64,000 bases of DNA from Octopus vulgaris. Lineage: Eukaryota. Shown piece after piece: positions 28,183 through 40,169 of this stretch. The notes beneath the pieces are model-generated. The model was not told where the DNA came from. It saw only the letters and a program-made list of their open reading frames with translations, and searched no databases. Where the stretch lies: NCBI GenBank assembly GCA_951406725.2, contig OX597829.1, positions 58,342,001 through 58,406,000 of the forward strand. Direction: 5' to 3'. The position numbers and the translations under genes were made by a program. Numbering within the stretch: the first letter of the stretch is position 1; every line of letters starts with the position of its first letter.

Positions 28183-29869
28183 CAGTGTTTCCCCGAAAAT
28201 AAGCCCTATCGTGATTTTTTAGGATGTTCTAATATAATCCCTACCACGAAAATAAGACCTAATCAAAAATGCATCAGCTTGTTAACAAGACCATGTGATG
28301 TTTGCAAAATAAACCAACAACCGTAGCTTGGCTAAAGTCTGTGCTAAGCGCGCATGCACGGAGTTGACTCCCATGTCCCTCTGGCAAGAAGAGTGCAAAA
28401 AGAAAGAGTTATTCCGTGGAGTACAAGAAAGGAATTGTGGAAGAGTCACATAACAAGAATCTTACGGTTTTCTGTAAGGAGATGTTGGATCGCCGAATGG
28501 TTTGAAAATGGCGAGTGGAGTACGATCTCAGCAGACAGGTGGATGAGGGAAGTGCTAAGAAGCGTAAGCGTGGATCAGGTCGACAACCGTTATTTTCGGA
28601 GTTGGAAGATATCACCTTGGGATGGATTGCTGACAGAAGAACAAAGGATTTGGCTGTGCACAAGGCTGATACACAAGAATTTGCTCTTGCAATGGTTCCA
28701 CAGTTGGATGTACCCCCAGAAATATTCAAAGCATCATCTCATTGGTTGGATAACTTCCTTCGATGATATGAGCTCTCTCTATGAAGATCGACAACACTGT
28801 TCATGCTGGAGGATGCTGAAGTGATTCAACGTGCACTTGCATTCAAGTCCTTCGTTGACGGCATCTACTTTTCTAAATACAGTCTCTCCCATATAATTGC
28901 TATTGATGAGACTGCAGTATTTATGGGCCAAGAATCCAAAACCATAGTTGAACAGACAGCCTTGTCAATCTACGTTGCCTCAACGGGTTACGAAGGTTCA
29001 AGAGTTACTTGTATTTTAGCAATTCGTCTTGATGGAACAAAATTCCCACCGCTTATCATCACAAAGGGCAAAGAAGAGAAAATAGAACGAGTTTCGGGCA
29101 TTTATGTCCGTGAAAAGGAAAAAGGCTTGGAGCACAAAAGAAAATAGATTGATTTAACTATACTACTTGTTCTACGTGGTTCTCAAAGAAGTCTTTTAGC
29201 CTGGGATTCGGCCAGTACTCATCGCGCAAAAGATATGAAAACCTTCCTTTCCGAAAGAAGAATTGACCACATAAAGATTCCCGTGAGAATGACTTCATAT
29301 CTACAAACATTCGATCTTGTAATAAACAAGCCCTTCAAGGATTATTTACTGATGGAAGTGAATGAATATATCGAACATAGAATGGAGAGAAATGAGTGTG
29401 GAAACTTTGTCAAACCCAACCTCCAAGAAGTCGTGAATTGATGGAATAAACTTACCGATAGTTGCGTTACCAATGCACTACGTGCAGGGTACTTGGACAA
29501 AAAGTGCTCTTTAAGGAAAGTTATATTGCCAGACATGAGAGATTGGGGTTTATGATTCAACAGAAAATGGATTTACAAGAAATTCAGTCTGAAGTTCGGG
29601 GTTTCGATGATTTATGACGATATTCCAGAAGAGGACAAAATGTTTGTACTTGACTAAAAACAAGAAGCAAATAAGTAAACTTTTGATAACTAAAAATATA
29701 GGTTTCCTGTATACAATATTTTTTCTTTTACACGAGGACATGAGACGTTTTGTCTTTCTTGGATTTTTTCCGCAAAAATATAAGACATCTCCCGAAAATA
29801 AGCCCAAGTGCGTTCTTTTTTTGATGCAACATTAATATAAGACCAGGTCTTATTTTTGGGGAAGCATGG
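28183..29869 (+). mobile_element. pogo/Tigger-like DNA transposon, transposase pseudogene
   Basis: TIRs cagtgtttccccgaaaataag / cttatttttggggaagcatgg, TA on both sides; CENPB-type HTH (GSGRQPLF...FKASSHWLDNF), IDET, WDSASTH, LQTFDLVINKPFK. Confidence 0.9.
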
Positions 29870-31620
29870 TACCAACATGGAGATTTGGCTGATTTCACAG
29901 CACTAACAATACTTGCGACTATATCTGAAAAAGAAAAAAATGTTATTCTGGTTATTATAACAAATTCGGAAACTTGGCGAAGTAGAAAGCCTCAGCGGCT
30001 CTTTCGATATAATTACAGAAATGTCATTCCACTCCTTCTAACCAGTTTCAGGATAATGCTTTTTAAAACAGTCCTTATTGAATATCTGTTATGGTTTCTC
30101 ATCACTGTATCAACGCTGCACAACTGCGTTAGTCAGTATTTATTCTATAGCCTAACGCTACACAGTTTGTATATATATAGTAATGTCAAATTAATTTATA
30201 TCTTGCTACAAACATCCTTCAGCAAATGTTTTATATTAACCTTCACAGCAGCATCTTCCTTTCTTTACACTTTGTTCAGCGTTCGTTTCAAAATTGTAAA
30301 ATAAATTATTTTTGTATGAAAATTTTAATTATGCCTTCTGAATTTTCTTGAACTTTCACTTTCTTCACCGTGATATTCATTCAATCGTAAATTTTATAAC
30401 ATTTAGTACATGTTGCACATACATGTTACCTTTCTGTACTTTCTTACATTGGTGACGCATACTAACTTTTGCTAAATTAGTGACTTTCCATTTTTTTTTT
30501 TAATAGCGTAACTAAGCTTCATAAAGTATGTTTTGCACCTATATTGAGTACATTTCGTTTCGCTTGAACTTCGTGTGAGTACGTTTTGCTGTTTTCAATA
30601 TTATCAATTCTTTGAATGTGTACGTGTCTGTGAGTGTGTGTGTGTATGTTTCTGCGTTCGTTATGTCTATGGTAAACTATAGTAAAGAACATTTTACGCT
30701 GTTTTAATGAGCCCACATCTAATGAAGTAGCCATCCTTGTGGTTGGTGATCCCCATTGAAAATCATGATATTCTCATTCGTGTTCGAGATAACAAAACCT
30801 TAAACGTGTTTCACAGACTCATCTCTCTTATGATGCTCTCCAGTATTCTCTTATTCTGTGGAATGGGCAAGATGGATATCATCTCAATATTCCACAGATT
30901 GAACCTGCAACAGGAGAGCCAATTACAAAAAAAAAAAAAAAAATGATGTTGTCAAATGATTTCTATTCTTACCAACTGATGTTAAGACCAGAACAATCAA
31001 GTCAAATTACACATATCAAATAAACTTTATTTTCATTTACATATTTTCTACATTATCTCAGTAACCAGCTGTAGTTATTTGAAATACACTGCTCTACAAC
31101 GGTCAGGTTTCATTAGAAAGTGAAAATAGTTTCACACTTTCAATTTGAACCAAAATTACACAGTGTTAGATTACAAGAATGACGATGTGTGAATAATGAG
31201 AGTAATGTTTCTCCGAATTAGTCACATCTGTATAATAATAAAGAAAGCTGCTTATTATCTACTAAATAAACTATGTTTTCGGTACAACAACTCTTTTTTA
31301 CAGCTAAAATAACTTCGGAAACTAGGTTGGGTCATACAATTTTGAGTTCCTTTTCAGACAATATTTCGATTTTCTTCTAATGTTTCACTTTCGTCCGATG
31401 GTTCATGTATGCGTAGAATTCTATCCAGACAAACATTTATAAAAATGTACGCATAAATATTGCATTAAAATAAGCCACAACCTAAAAAAATTAATTAAAA
31501 GACATCCATTTCCCTATATGATATGAGGAAATACAGTTTCCCTCTCTATCTCCCCCCTCTCTCTCTCACACACACACACACACATACGCGCACTAAAAAA
31601 AGATGTATGCATATGTTTTT

Positions 31621-31708
31621 ATGGGCGAAGGTAAAGAATAGGCACACCTGGTGTTTAGGGTTTAGGGTTAGAGTTAGGGTGGTGTACGTATTCTTTACCT
31701 CCGTCTAT
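31621..31708. repeat. 28-bp inverted repeat enclosing TTAGGG-like repeats
   Basis: Arms 31621-31648 / 31681-31708 (23/28 match); loop contains tttagggtttagggttagagttaggg. Confidence 0.75.
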
Positions 31709-33028
31709 TTATGTACGTGTATATGAAAGATAGTGTGTGTGAGATAGAGAGAGAGAGTGCCACTTACATATACATGCAAAAAAATTCATACATTACAACA
31801 CAAACTTTCACTCACTCACTCTCTCTTTCTCTCTCTCTCTATCTCTTTCTTCTACTTTCTGCTCTCACTTCAAAGCGCCTGTCGCCTTTCCACTTTCTCC
31901 TCTCTTTCAATTTCTGCTCTCTTCAAAGCATAAAGAAATTTTAAAATTTTTATGGAAATTAATGAACAATCATATGACCCCCATATGATCAAGTTGACAA
32001 CTTTGCTTCTTCAAATGAAAGAATACCATAAAATAACTTCCTTTGACACACACATGCATACACACACACTCACACACATACACACACTGTAGGTAAAACT
32101 TCTGTACAAATTATGTTATTTCTTGCTGTGTACACCTGGAAATTTAAAGCTCAAATCCAATTGAAATGATCCTTTTCTATTGTGTAATTTGTTTGTGATG
32201 AGCGTATTTAAAAACCTGATGATGATGATGATGATCTTCGATATAAACTTAAAAGGAGGTTTTCCCAGAAACCCTGTCCTTTACCTCTTCTTTTTAGCAT
32301 GTCCGAGTTGACAATTCCTCTCCTTTGCCTTATTTTTTTTCCTGAATTTCTTCCGATTCCTATGTTTAATTTTCTCCCTTTCCACACAAAATTCATTTTT
32401 TACTTTTTTCAGATTTTTTTTTCTTGATAATCCATGGACAAAAAACAGAGAGTACGAATCTTTAAGAATTTTACTTATCACATCACCCCTTTCAAAAACC
32501 TACACACTCCCAATGTTTCACTTTTAGCTTTTTGGAAAGTGGAAAAGTTTCTTCAGAAATAATGTTGTTTACCTGTTGTTTCTAGTATGTCGGATTTACT
32601 GATGGTGGTCTGGTATTTTTTACATCTGCTATTTCAGTAGAATTCTAGGGAAATTAAAGTTTTGAAAATGTGATTTCTAGACAAAATCATATTAATCCCC
32701 TTTTATATGATGAAACAACACATAGTTTGTGATCCTTCATAAGAACATAAAGCACTTTCATGCAAACCCATACAAATTGTACCCCCCTCCCTTCACTTTT
32801 AAACAAACAATAACTTCCAGTAATCCAGTTCACTATATATCAGCTGTGTTGATTCTGCCCATAAGAAAGGAACAAATAACACAATGTGGCTGGAGGTCAT
32901 AACACCCAGGCAGTTCTGGGATGCATTGCTAATACATATATATATTAAATCACTAAAGTTAAAGTCTGGTCGTACCCTTGAGAGAATTCTTTAGAGTGTG
33001 CTTTTTATTCAGATATATGATATATATA

Positions 33029-34211
33029 CATAAAGTATTTGAGGACATTTGGCCATTGCTGAATATTTTGGTCACTCTGTATAATCTTTGTTTCAGAAAA
33101 TAATAATGCCAGATATCTTAGCTTACTCAAGAAATGAAGGAGCATGCTGTAATTGTGGTTATAAATAAGAGCTGAATATAGTGATTTAGAAATATCTTGA
33201 TTTTTAAAAGGGAGTTAGAGATTGAAGATGGAAATGTATCACCAGTATCAAAGCATAAAAGGCATTTTAAATGTTCTGAAATCATCAGATCACCTGAATA
33301 TATCCAGCAACAGATCATTGATTACAATCCCAGAAAGTTCATGAGATCAATTGTAAAAGATCTCCATGTGTCAGAAGGAACGGTAAGAAATGTTGTCCAT
33401 GAAGACATCAGGTATAAGTCTTATATGATGAAGAAAGGTCAATTTATGTTAGAAAGATAAAAAAAAAATCAATACATCAGATCTAAAAGGCTCTTAAACA
33501 AACTGAAAAATCCAGCAGAAGATTTGATTTAGCTTTTCTCGAACAGGATCAAAAAGTTAACTGAAGAAATGACAGATGGTTATGTGCAAACCCTTCTGAA
33601 TTTCCAAGTGTTATGCATACAAAATTTCCTGCAACTGTCATGGTTTTAGGAGTTGTCAGCAATGAAGGGCACGTGATGCCTTCTTACTACTTTCCACAGG
33701 GCCTTGAAGTTAACTCTGCCACCTAGATTGAGATCCTGGAAACAATTGTTAAGCCCTGGATAGACAGTGTATGCAATGGAAGGCCATATGTATTTTAGTA
33801 AGACTCTGCACTATCACACATGGCTCTAGTAACACAGGAATGGATGGCCGAAAATTTTCCTGATCACACAACCCCTAACATTTGGTCTCCTAATTCCCCA
33901 GATCTCAATCCATTGAAATATTACACGTGGAGCATTATTGTTGAGAGAGAGGTTAATGGCACCAAATTTGAAAGCTGCCATAGTCAGAGTAATGTCCAAA
34001 ATGAACCAGGACCTCTTGATTCAAGCATGTAGACTATTTAGATCTCATATAGAAGCAGTTGTTGAAGCTGAAGGTGGCTTTATTGAATAACATTATAGAA
34101 AAGAAGGTTTATTTTTATCCTCATAGCAGTTTTTGGTAAACTTATTATCTATTATTATATATCTGTGTTTTTATAAACATAAATCTGTCCTCAAATATCT
34201 TACGCACACTG
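33029..34211 (+). mobile_element. Tc1/mariner maT (DD37D-like) transposon, degenerate
   Basis: Transposase ~33134-34090: NDRWL, KFPATVMVLGVVS, F..DSALSH, WSPNSPDLNPL; ends gtatttgaggaca / tgtcctcaaatatcttacgcacactg|TA. Confidence 0.85.
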
Positions 34212-34245
34212 TATATATATATATATATATATGAATTAGAGATAA

Positions 34246-35368
34246 ATATGAATTAGAGATAAAACCACTATTAGGCAACTCAAACAGTGATAGACATAAA
34301 CCAATACATGAATAACAAATAATATAAATATAATTAATATAATATATCAAAATACTAGCAGTATCGCCTGGCGTTGTTCGGGTTTGTTTCGACTGTTTAA
34401 GATTGGAATTTTTGAAAAGTAAACATTTTGCATTATGTAGCTTGTTATTCTCTTTAAGTGTACATTTTTCTGGTTGAAATACACAGAAAAATGGTGACCC
34501 CAGTACGCAAACTTACACTTAATTTATCGACACCAAAAGGATAAAAGGCAAAGTCACCATTTTTCGGTGTATTTCAACCAGAAAAATGTTCACTTAAAAG
34601 TAAAAATTATGCATTATGTAGCTTGTTATTCTTTTCGGGCTAGCAGTGATGATCAAAAATCCGGCCTGCTAAAATTTGGTTAAAGTGATTCAAACTGCAG
34701 ACTCAATGCAAAATGGTCACATTTAATTCAAAGCGTTAAAAATATTATGAAAACAATTGGTATGTGTTCACAAAGTCCAAACAATTAATACGAAAAAACC
34801 CTCCAGACTACATCCCGAAAATTAATTTCTTTGCCTAATTTCTACAATGTTTACGGCGATTCGTTTTTATATCTTGATTTTTTATTTTTCATGCAATTTA
34901 CGCATGCTTGCACGCATGGTGAACACAGTTCACGTCAAACAGCTGACTGAGTAAAGTTCACTATTCAATGCATGGGATAAGGCCTAAACAAACACATCAA
35001 TTTTTGCACTTGCGAGATGAATTTTGGAACAGAAATAGCGCAGTTCAATTTTCATTGAAATACACCGAAAAATGGTGACTTTGCCTTTTATCCTTTTGGT
35101 GTCGATAAATTAAGTGTAAGTTTGCGTACTGGGGTCACCATTTTTCTGTGTATTTCAACCAGAAAAATGTACACTTAAAGAGAATAACAATTTTTACTTT
35201 TCAAAAATTCCAATCTTAAACAGTCGAAACAAACCTGAACAATGCCAGGCGATACTGCTAGTATTTTGATATATTATATTAATTATATTTATATTATTTG
35301 TTATTCATGTATTGGTTTATGTCTTTCACTGTTTGAGTTGCATAACAGTGGTTTTATCTAATTCATAT
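34246..35368. repeat. large composite inverted repeat (arms ~330/315 bp)
   Basis: 34246-34577 is the reverse complement of 35055-35368; arms contain a Penelope-type terminal piece, a Helitron 3' end (hairpin+CTAG) and a SINE-B fragment. Confidence 0.9.
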
Positions 35369-35443
35369 TTTATATATTCATACTGTGAAATTTGATTTAA
35401 TACTAAATCTAATTTTTTCCTGTAAGTTTGGAGCCATACTCCC

Positions 35444-35493
<50 letters not shown>

Positions 35494-35714
35494 TTATATA
35501 TATATATAGATAGATGGACAGCTACATAAATATATATATATGTATGTATCTATCTCTCCATCTGTCTGTCTATCTATCTGTCTGTCTGTCTGTCTGTCTG
35601 TCTATCATATCTAACTATCTGTCTGTCCATCTGTCTCTTTACATGTTTGTGTGTGTGTATATATATATTACACACACACACCCACACACCCACGTACATG
35701 CACCCACACCCACA

Positions 35715-35840
35715 CAACAGGCTTCTTATGTTTTCTGTCTACCAAATCCACTTATGAGGTTTTGGTCAGCCCAGGGCCATGGTAGAAGACTCTCACCCAA
35801 GATGCCATACTTGGGATTGAACCCAGAACCATGTGGTTCT
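35715..35840 (-). mobile_element. SINE family A, 5' half (diverged)
   Basis: ctaccaaatccact...gggattgaacccagaaccatgtgg. Confidence 0.65.
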
Positions 35841-36446
35841 GATACAGCCTCTTCATAATACAGATATCCCCATATAGTTCTCATATAACACCAAAAGACA
35901 AAACATTATTAATTAGCCAGTAGATAATTACGTGAATTATAATCATAAATAGAAATTATGAGGCCATTAATTAAACAATGGACAATTAAATTAATACATA
36001 ATTATGCAAAGGATAATTAAAAGATTTGTGTCTCTACAATGTTTGAGCTAAATTTGACAATTTATTCTTTGCTCTTGTTTTCAGGAATTTTATATATTGG
36101 TGAACAGATGGTGGCATTGGAAAGCAGAACAATTAAAGTTGTAGTTGAGTGAAAGTTAGCTGAGATGGAGAACAGGAAGCCATCTGAACACTGGTTTCAA
36201 ATTTTGCCACAAGGCCAGCAATTTGAAGGGAGTAGTAAATGAATTGCATTGACCCCAGTACATGACTGGTACTTATGTTCTTCTGTGATTCTGTCCATTA
36301 GTTTGCCTGCAGTGAACAAATACAGCAGTTGAAAGATAGACCCATCATTGTTATTCTTCTCAATATTTTTGTAATTCTGTTCATTTGTTTGCCTAATGAA
36401 TACAGTAGTTGAGAGATAGGCTTATTATTGTTATTCTCCTGAATTA

Positions 36447-37347
36447 TTGGGGCATCCCACAAGTAATGTGGTTTTTTATACTTCTTTCGTTTTTCAAAAT
36501 TAAGATAAACAAAGCTCTTTTTTAATCTAAAATACACTCTCCTTCATTTTCTACAATGCCTGTCCATCTATCTGGTAAACTTGCAAGGGCCCTCTTCCAA
36601 AATTCACTTGTCCACAATGAAAAATACTCCTCTGGTACTGTTCTGACCTTATCTACTACAGAATTCATATTTTTTTCATCCAAGTGATTTTGAAAAATGC
36701 GGAATAAATGATAATCAGATGGGGCAATATCCGGTGAAAATGGTGGATAGGGCATCGTTTTCCATTCAAACTGTTCCAGCCTTTGAAATGTCATCCTCAT
36801 AGTATGTGGCTGTATGATTAAACTGGGAAAGTTTGTGAGGAATTTGCTGACTTTTCTGATGGCATGCAGGTGTTGATGAATGGGGGAATTGCCAAAATCC
36901 AAGCTTCTCTGCAAGTTCCTCAACAATTACAATGGGATTTCGTGCTACCAAGGTTTACAAGACGTCCTCGTCGAGCTCTACAGATTTTCTAAGATGAGGC
37001 TCATCTTCTAGGCTCTAGTTTCCACCTTGAAATTTCTAGAACCACTGTTGACACTGGCTTACACTTAATGACTGATCCCCGTATACTGCATTAATATACC
37101 TTGCACTTTATGATGTATTATTGCCCTTATTGAACTCATAAAGCAAAATATTCTGAATATGCTCTTTTGTCACTTCCGTTATAAGAAAGAATAACTTAAA
37201 ATCAAACTGTACTCTTCAAAACTTGCACTAAGAATAAGGACAGGATAAAACTACTACCTGCTTTTATAGCAAGCTGATCCTGTCTCCCTCTGACTTTTAG
37301 TTCATGCAATTGACAAAAAACCCCGCATTATTTATGGGGCAACCCAA
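36447..37347 (-). mobile_element. mariner (DD34D) element, internally deleted
   Basis: TIRs ttggggcatcccacaagtaatgtgg / ccgcattatttatggggcaacccaa, TA on both sides; LLYEFNKG N-terminus, PYPPFSPDIAPSDYHLF. Confidence 0.9.
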
Positions 37348-38424
37348 TATTTTCTGATTCTGTCCATTAGTTTGCCTGCAATGAACAAATAGATAGACCT
37401 ATTCATATTTGGAAAGTTTGCTGCAATCATTTTTTGCCGCAGGAAAATTCATCTCAGGATTTTTGGCTGTAAGAAAGTTTGCTACAGGACAAAAGATGAA
37501 TTGGAACCCCTTGGTGGTATATAGTTCTTTCAACCAATAAGAAGGGGTAAAGTAATTTCTTAACCCATTTAAAATTTCTTTATTCATTCAACAATATTTT
37601 TTGTGTAGGCAACCCATTACAATGGTCTTTCAAGTGGGAACTAGCAGAGGTGGTGTGAAATTAGTTGATGATCTTAACTTTGTTTATAGGATAGATGGAA
37701 AATACAGTGAAAAAACATTGGAAATATGGAAATAGAGAATGTAAACAAAGAGTGCGTACCTTGCAGGAAAATGGTAATTTATCTCTATGTAAAACATTTG
37801 GTGAGCATTGCCATCCTTCTCATCCTTCAAAACCAAAAGTTTACTTTGCAAAAACGAAATTGAAATCACCAGCCACTAATTCATAAACTTCCGCACGGTC
37901 ATTAGTTGCAGAAATTTCATCTCGTTTAGATGATAATGCATTGTTACTGATGCCAAGATCATCGCATTTGTCTTGCAATATTAGAGGCTGGAGGCAAAAG
38001 AAAAGCCAAGCTCCCTCCAATCCCAACCGGAAGAAGATGGTGGGTATATAATATAGACTTCTTGAAAATGGTGAGAAGTTATGAGAATGGTACACAAGCT
38101 GGATTAGATGACTTTGAGAATAATAAGGATTTCGCTTGTGATGGTACTTTTAAATGCAGCCCAGATATATATATTATCAGTTGTTCACATTACATACTGT
38201 CGAACGAAATATTTGCACATATTTTTAATTACTTTTGTCAATTTTAAAAGTTTCATATGTTTTCAAATAAATTTATACTTTTTTTATTTATTTTCTAATA
38301 TTTGACTCTGTAAAAGACATGCTAAATATATACATAACTATAGTGAGTGTATGTGCATCTGCATCTAATGTTTATATTGTGTTTCATTCCATCTTGCAAC
38401 AGAGTGGTTTGTTAAATAATGATC

Positions 38425-39712
38425 ACAGATCCCCTCAGGTAGATGGTTCTGCTTAATCGGTAGAAAAGGTATAGGTAGAAACTCCATAAGATGTGCTCAG
38501 TGTAAGCTGTGGGCACACAAAAGGTGCAGCAACATCAAAGGAAGGTTGACAGAGAAATTAACTTTGTATGTGAAAGATGCATAGGCATAATAAATGCTGA
38601 ATATGTGTGGAAAATAGACTCTATCAACTGCCAGGGGGGCACACTAGAGGTAGTAGATAGCTTCAGGTATCTAGGTGACCAGGTTAGTAGTGGAGGTGGA
38701 AGTTCTGAGATCGTAGCTGTGAGAATAAGATTAGGTTGGGCAAAGTTCAGAGAGCTCCTACCCCTGCTGGCAACAAAGGGAGTCTCTCTCCAAGTGAAAG
38801 GCAGATTGTTTTATGCATGTTATAACATGGGTTATAACAGCCGAGGACATGTGAAGGCTTGAGAGAAATGAAGCTGGTATGCTTCGCTGGATGTGCAATG
38901 TCAGTGAGCATGTACAACATAGTATGTGTCTTGAGAGAAAAATTGGGCACCAGGGGCATCAGATGTGGTGTGCAAGAGAGACGAATGTGCTGGTATGATC
39001 ATATATGGATGAGGACAGCTGTGTAAAGAAGTGCTGATCTCTAACTGTGGAGGGAACCTATGATAGAGGTAAACCCAAGAAGAAATGGGACGAGGTGGTG
39101 AAGCATGATCTTCAAACTTTGAGCGTCACAGAGACAATGACTAGTGACCAAGACCTTTGGTGATTTGCCCTGCTTAAGAGGAGTCGTCAAGCTAAGTGCA
39201 CCAGTGCTGGTGGCACATAAGAAAATCAACCTTGAACATTGGGCCTCACAGAGGTAAATTGGCTGAGTCCCATTCGATTGTTGGGCCTTACAGAGGCATA
39301 GTGGCTGAGTTCCTTTTGAGCATTGGGCCTCAGGGAGGCAAAGTGGCTGAGTTTCTTTCAAGTGTTGGGCCTCAGGGAGGCAAAGTGGCCGAGTTCTTTT
39401 CAAGTGTTGAGCCTTACAGAGGCAATGACCAAGACCTTTGGCATCATGTCATGCTTGAGAAGAAGACCCATCAAGCCAAACAAAATCACAGTCATGGCTG
39501 ATACCGGTGTCACGCAAATGACATCCATGCTGGTGGCACATAAAAACACCCATTACACTCTCAGAGTGGTTGACATTTGGAAGGGCATCCAGCCATAGAA
39601 AACCATGCCAAATGAGACTGGAGCCTGGTGCAGCCTTCCAGCATGCCAGCCCAGTCAAACCATCCAACCCATACCAGCATGGACAACAGATGTTAAATAA
39701 TGATGATGATGA
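38425..39712 (+). mobile_element. RTE LINE (PHD-type family), 3' part, degenerate
   Basis: FVCERC, EVVDSFRYLGD, GWAKFRELLPLL; 42-bp tandem units at ~39230-39420; (gat)n tail. Confidence 0.88.
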
Positions 39713-40105
39713 ATATAATTAGTACCAGATTCAAATAAGTGCTAGATGTGATTTGACCTCCTAGAATCCATATATATATATATATATATACATATATATT
39801 TATATAACAAAATAGGGAGACAATTCCATGTAGAAATCAATTCAGTCTCAATTTGGTTCTGACCACACATAGTATTAATTCCAGTTGAAATACCGAATGT
39901 AGTAGGTCCTGAGAAAATGTAATAAGGTAGACAATTAAAACAGATATAATAATCCTTTATTTATTTATCCATATGAATAAATAATTTTCCAACATATGTT
40001 TCTGCTTAATTACTAAGAGTATACCTATTTTAATTAGTTGATTAAATAAGTAATTAAATAATTGTTAATACAATGCATTTAGTAAAAAAGCTTCTTAACA
40101 TATAA

Positions 40106-40156
<51 letters not shown>

Positions 40157-40169
40157 TATATATATGTTA

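Larger units (their letters stand above)
27623..32932 (+). mobile_element. Helitron (deleted) carrying a Rep fragment and a pogo insertion
   Basis: Helitron-type start tatatatataaaagagaa..(tg)n; Rep fragment ~30695-31000 (FNEPTSNEVAILVVG, SYDALQY..GQDGY, FYSYQLMLR); degenerate 3' hairpin + CTAA at 32904-32932. Confidence 0.6.
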
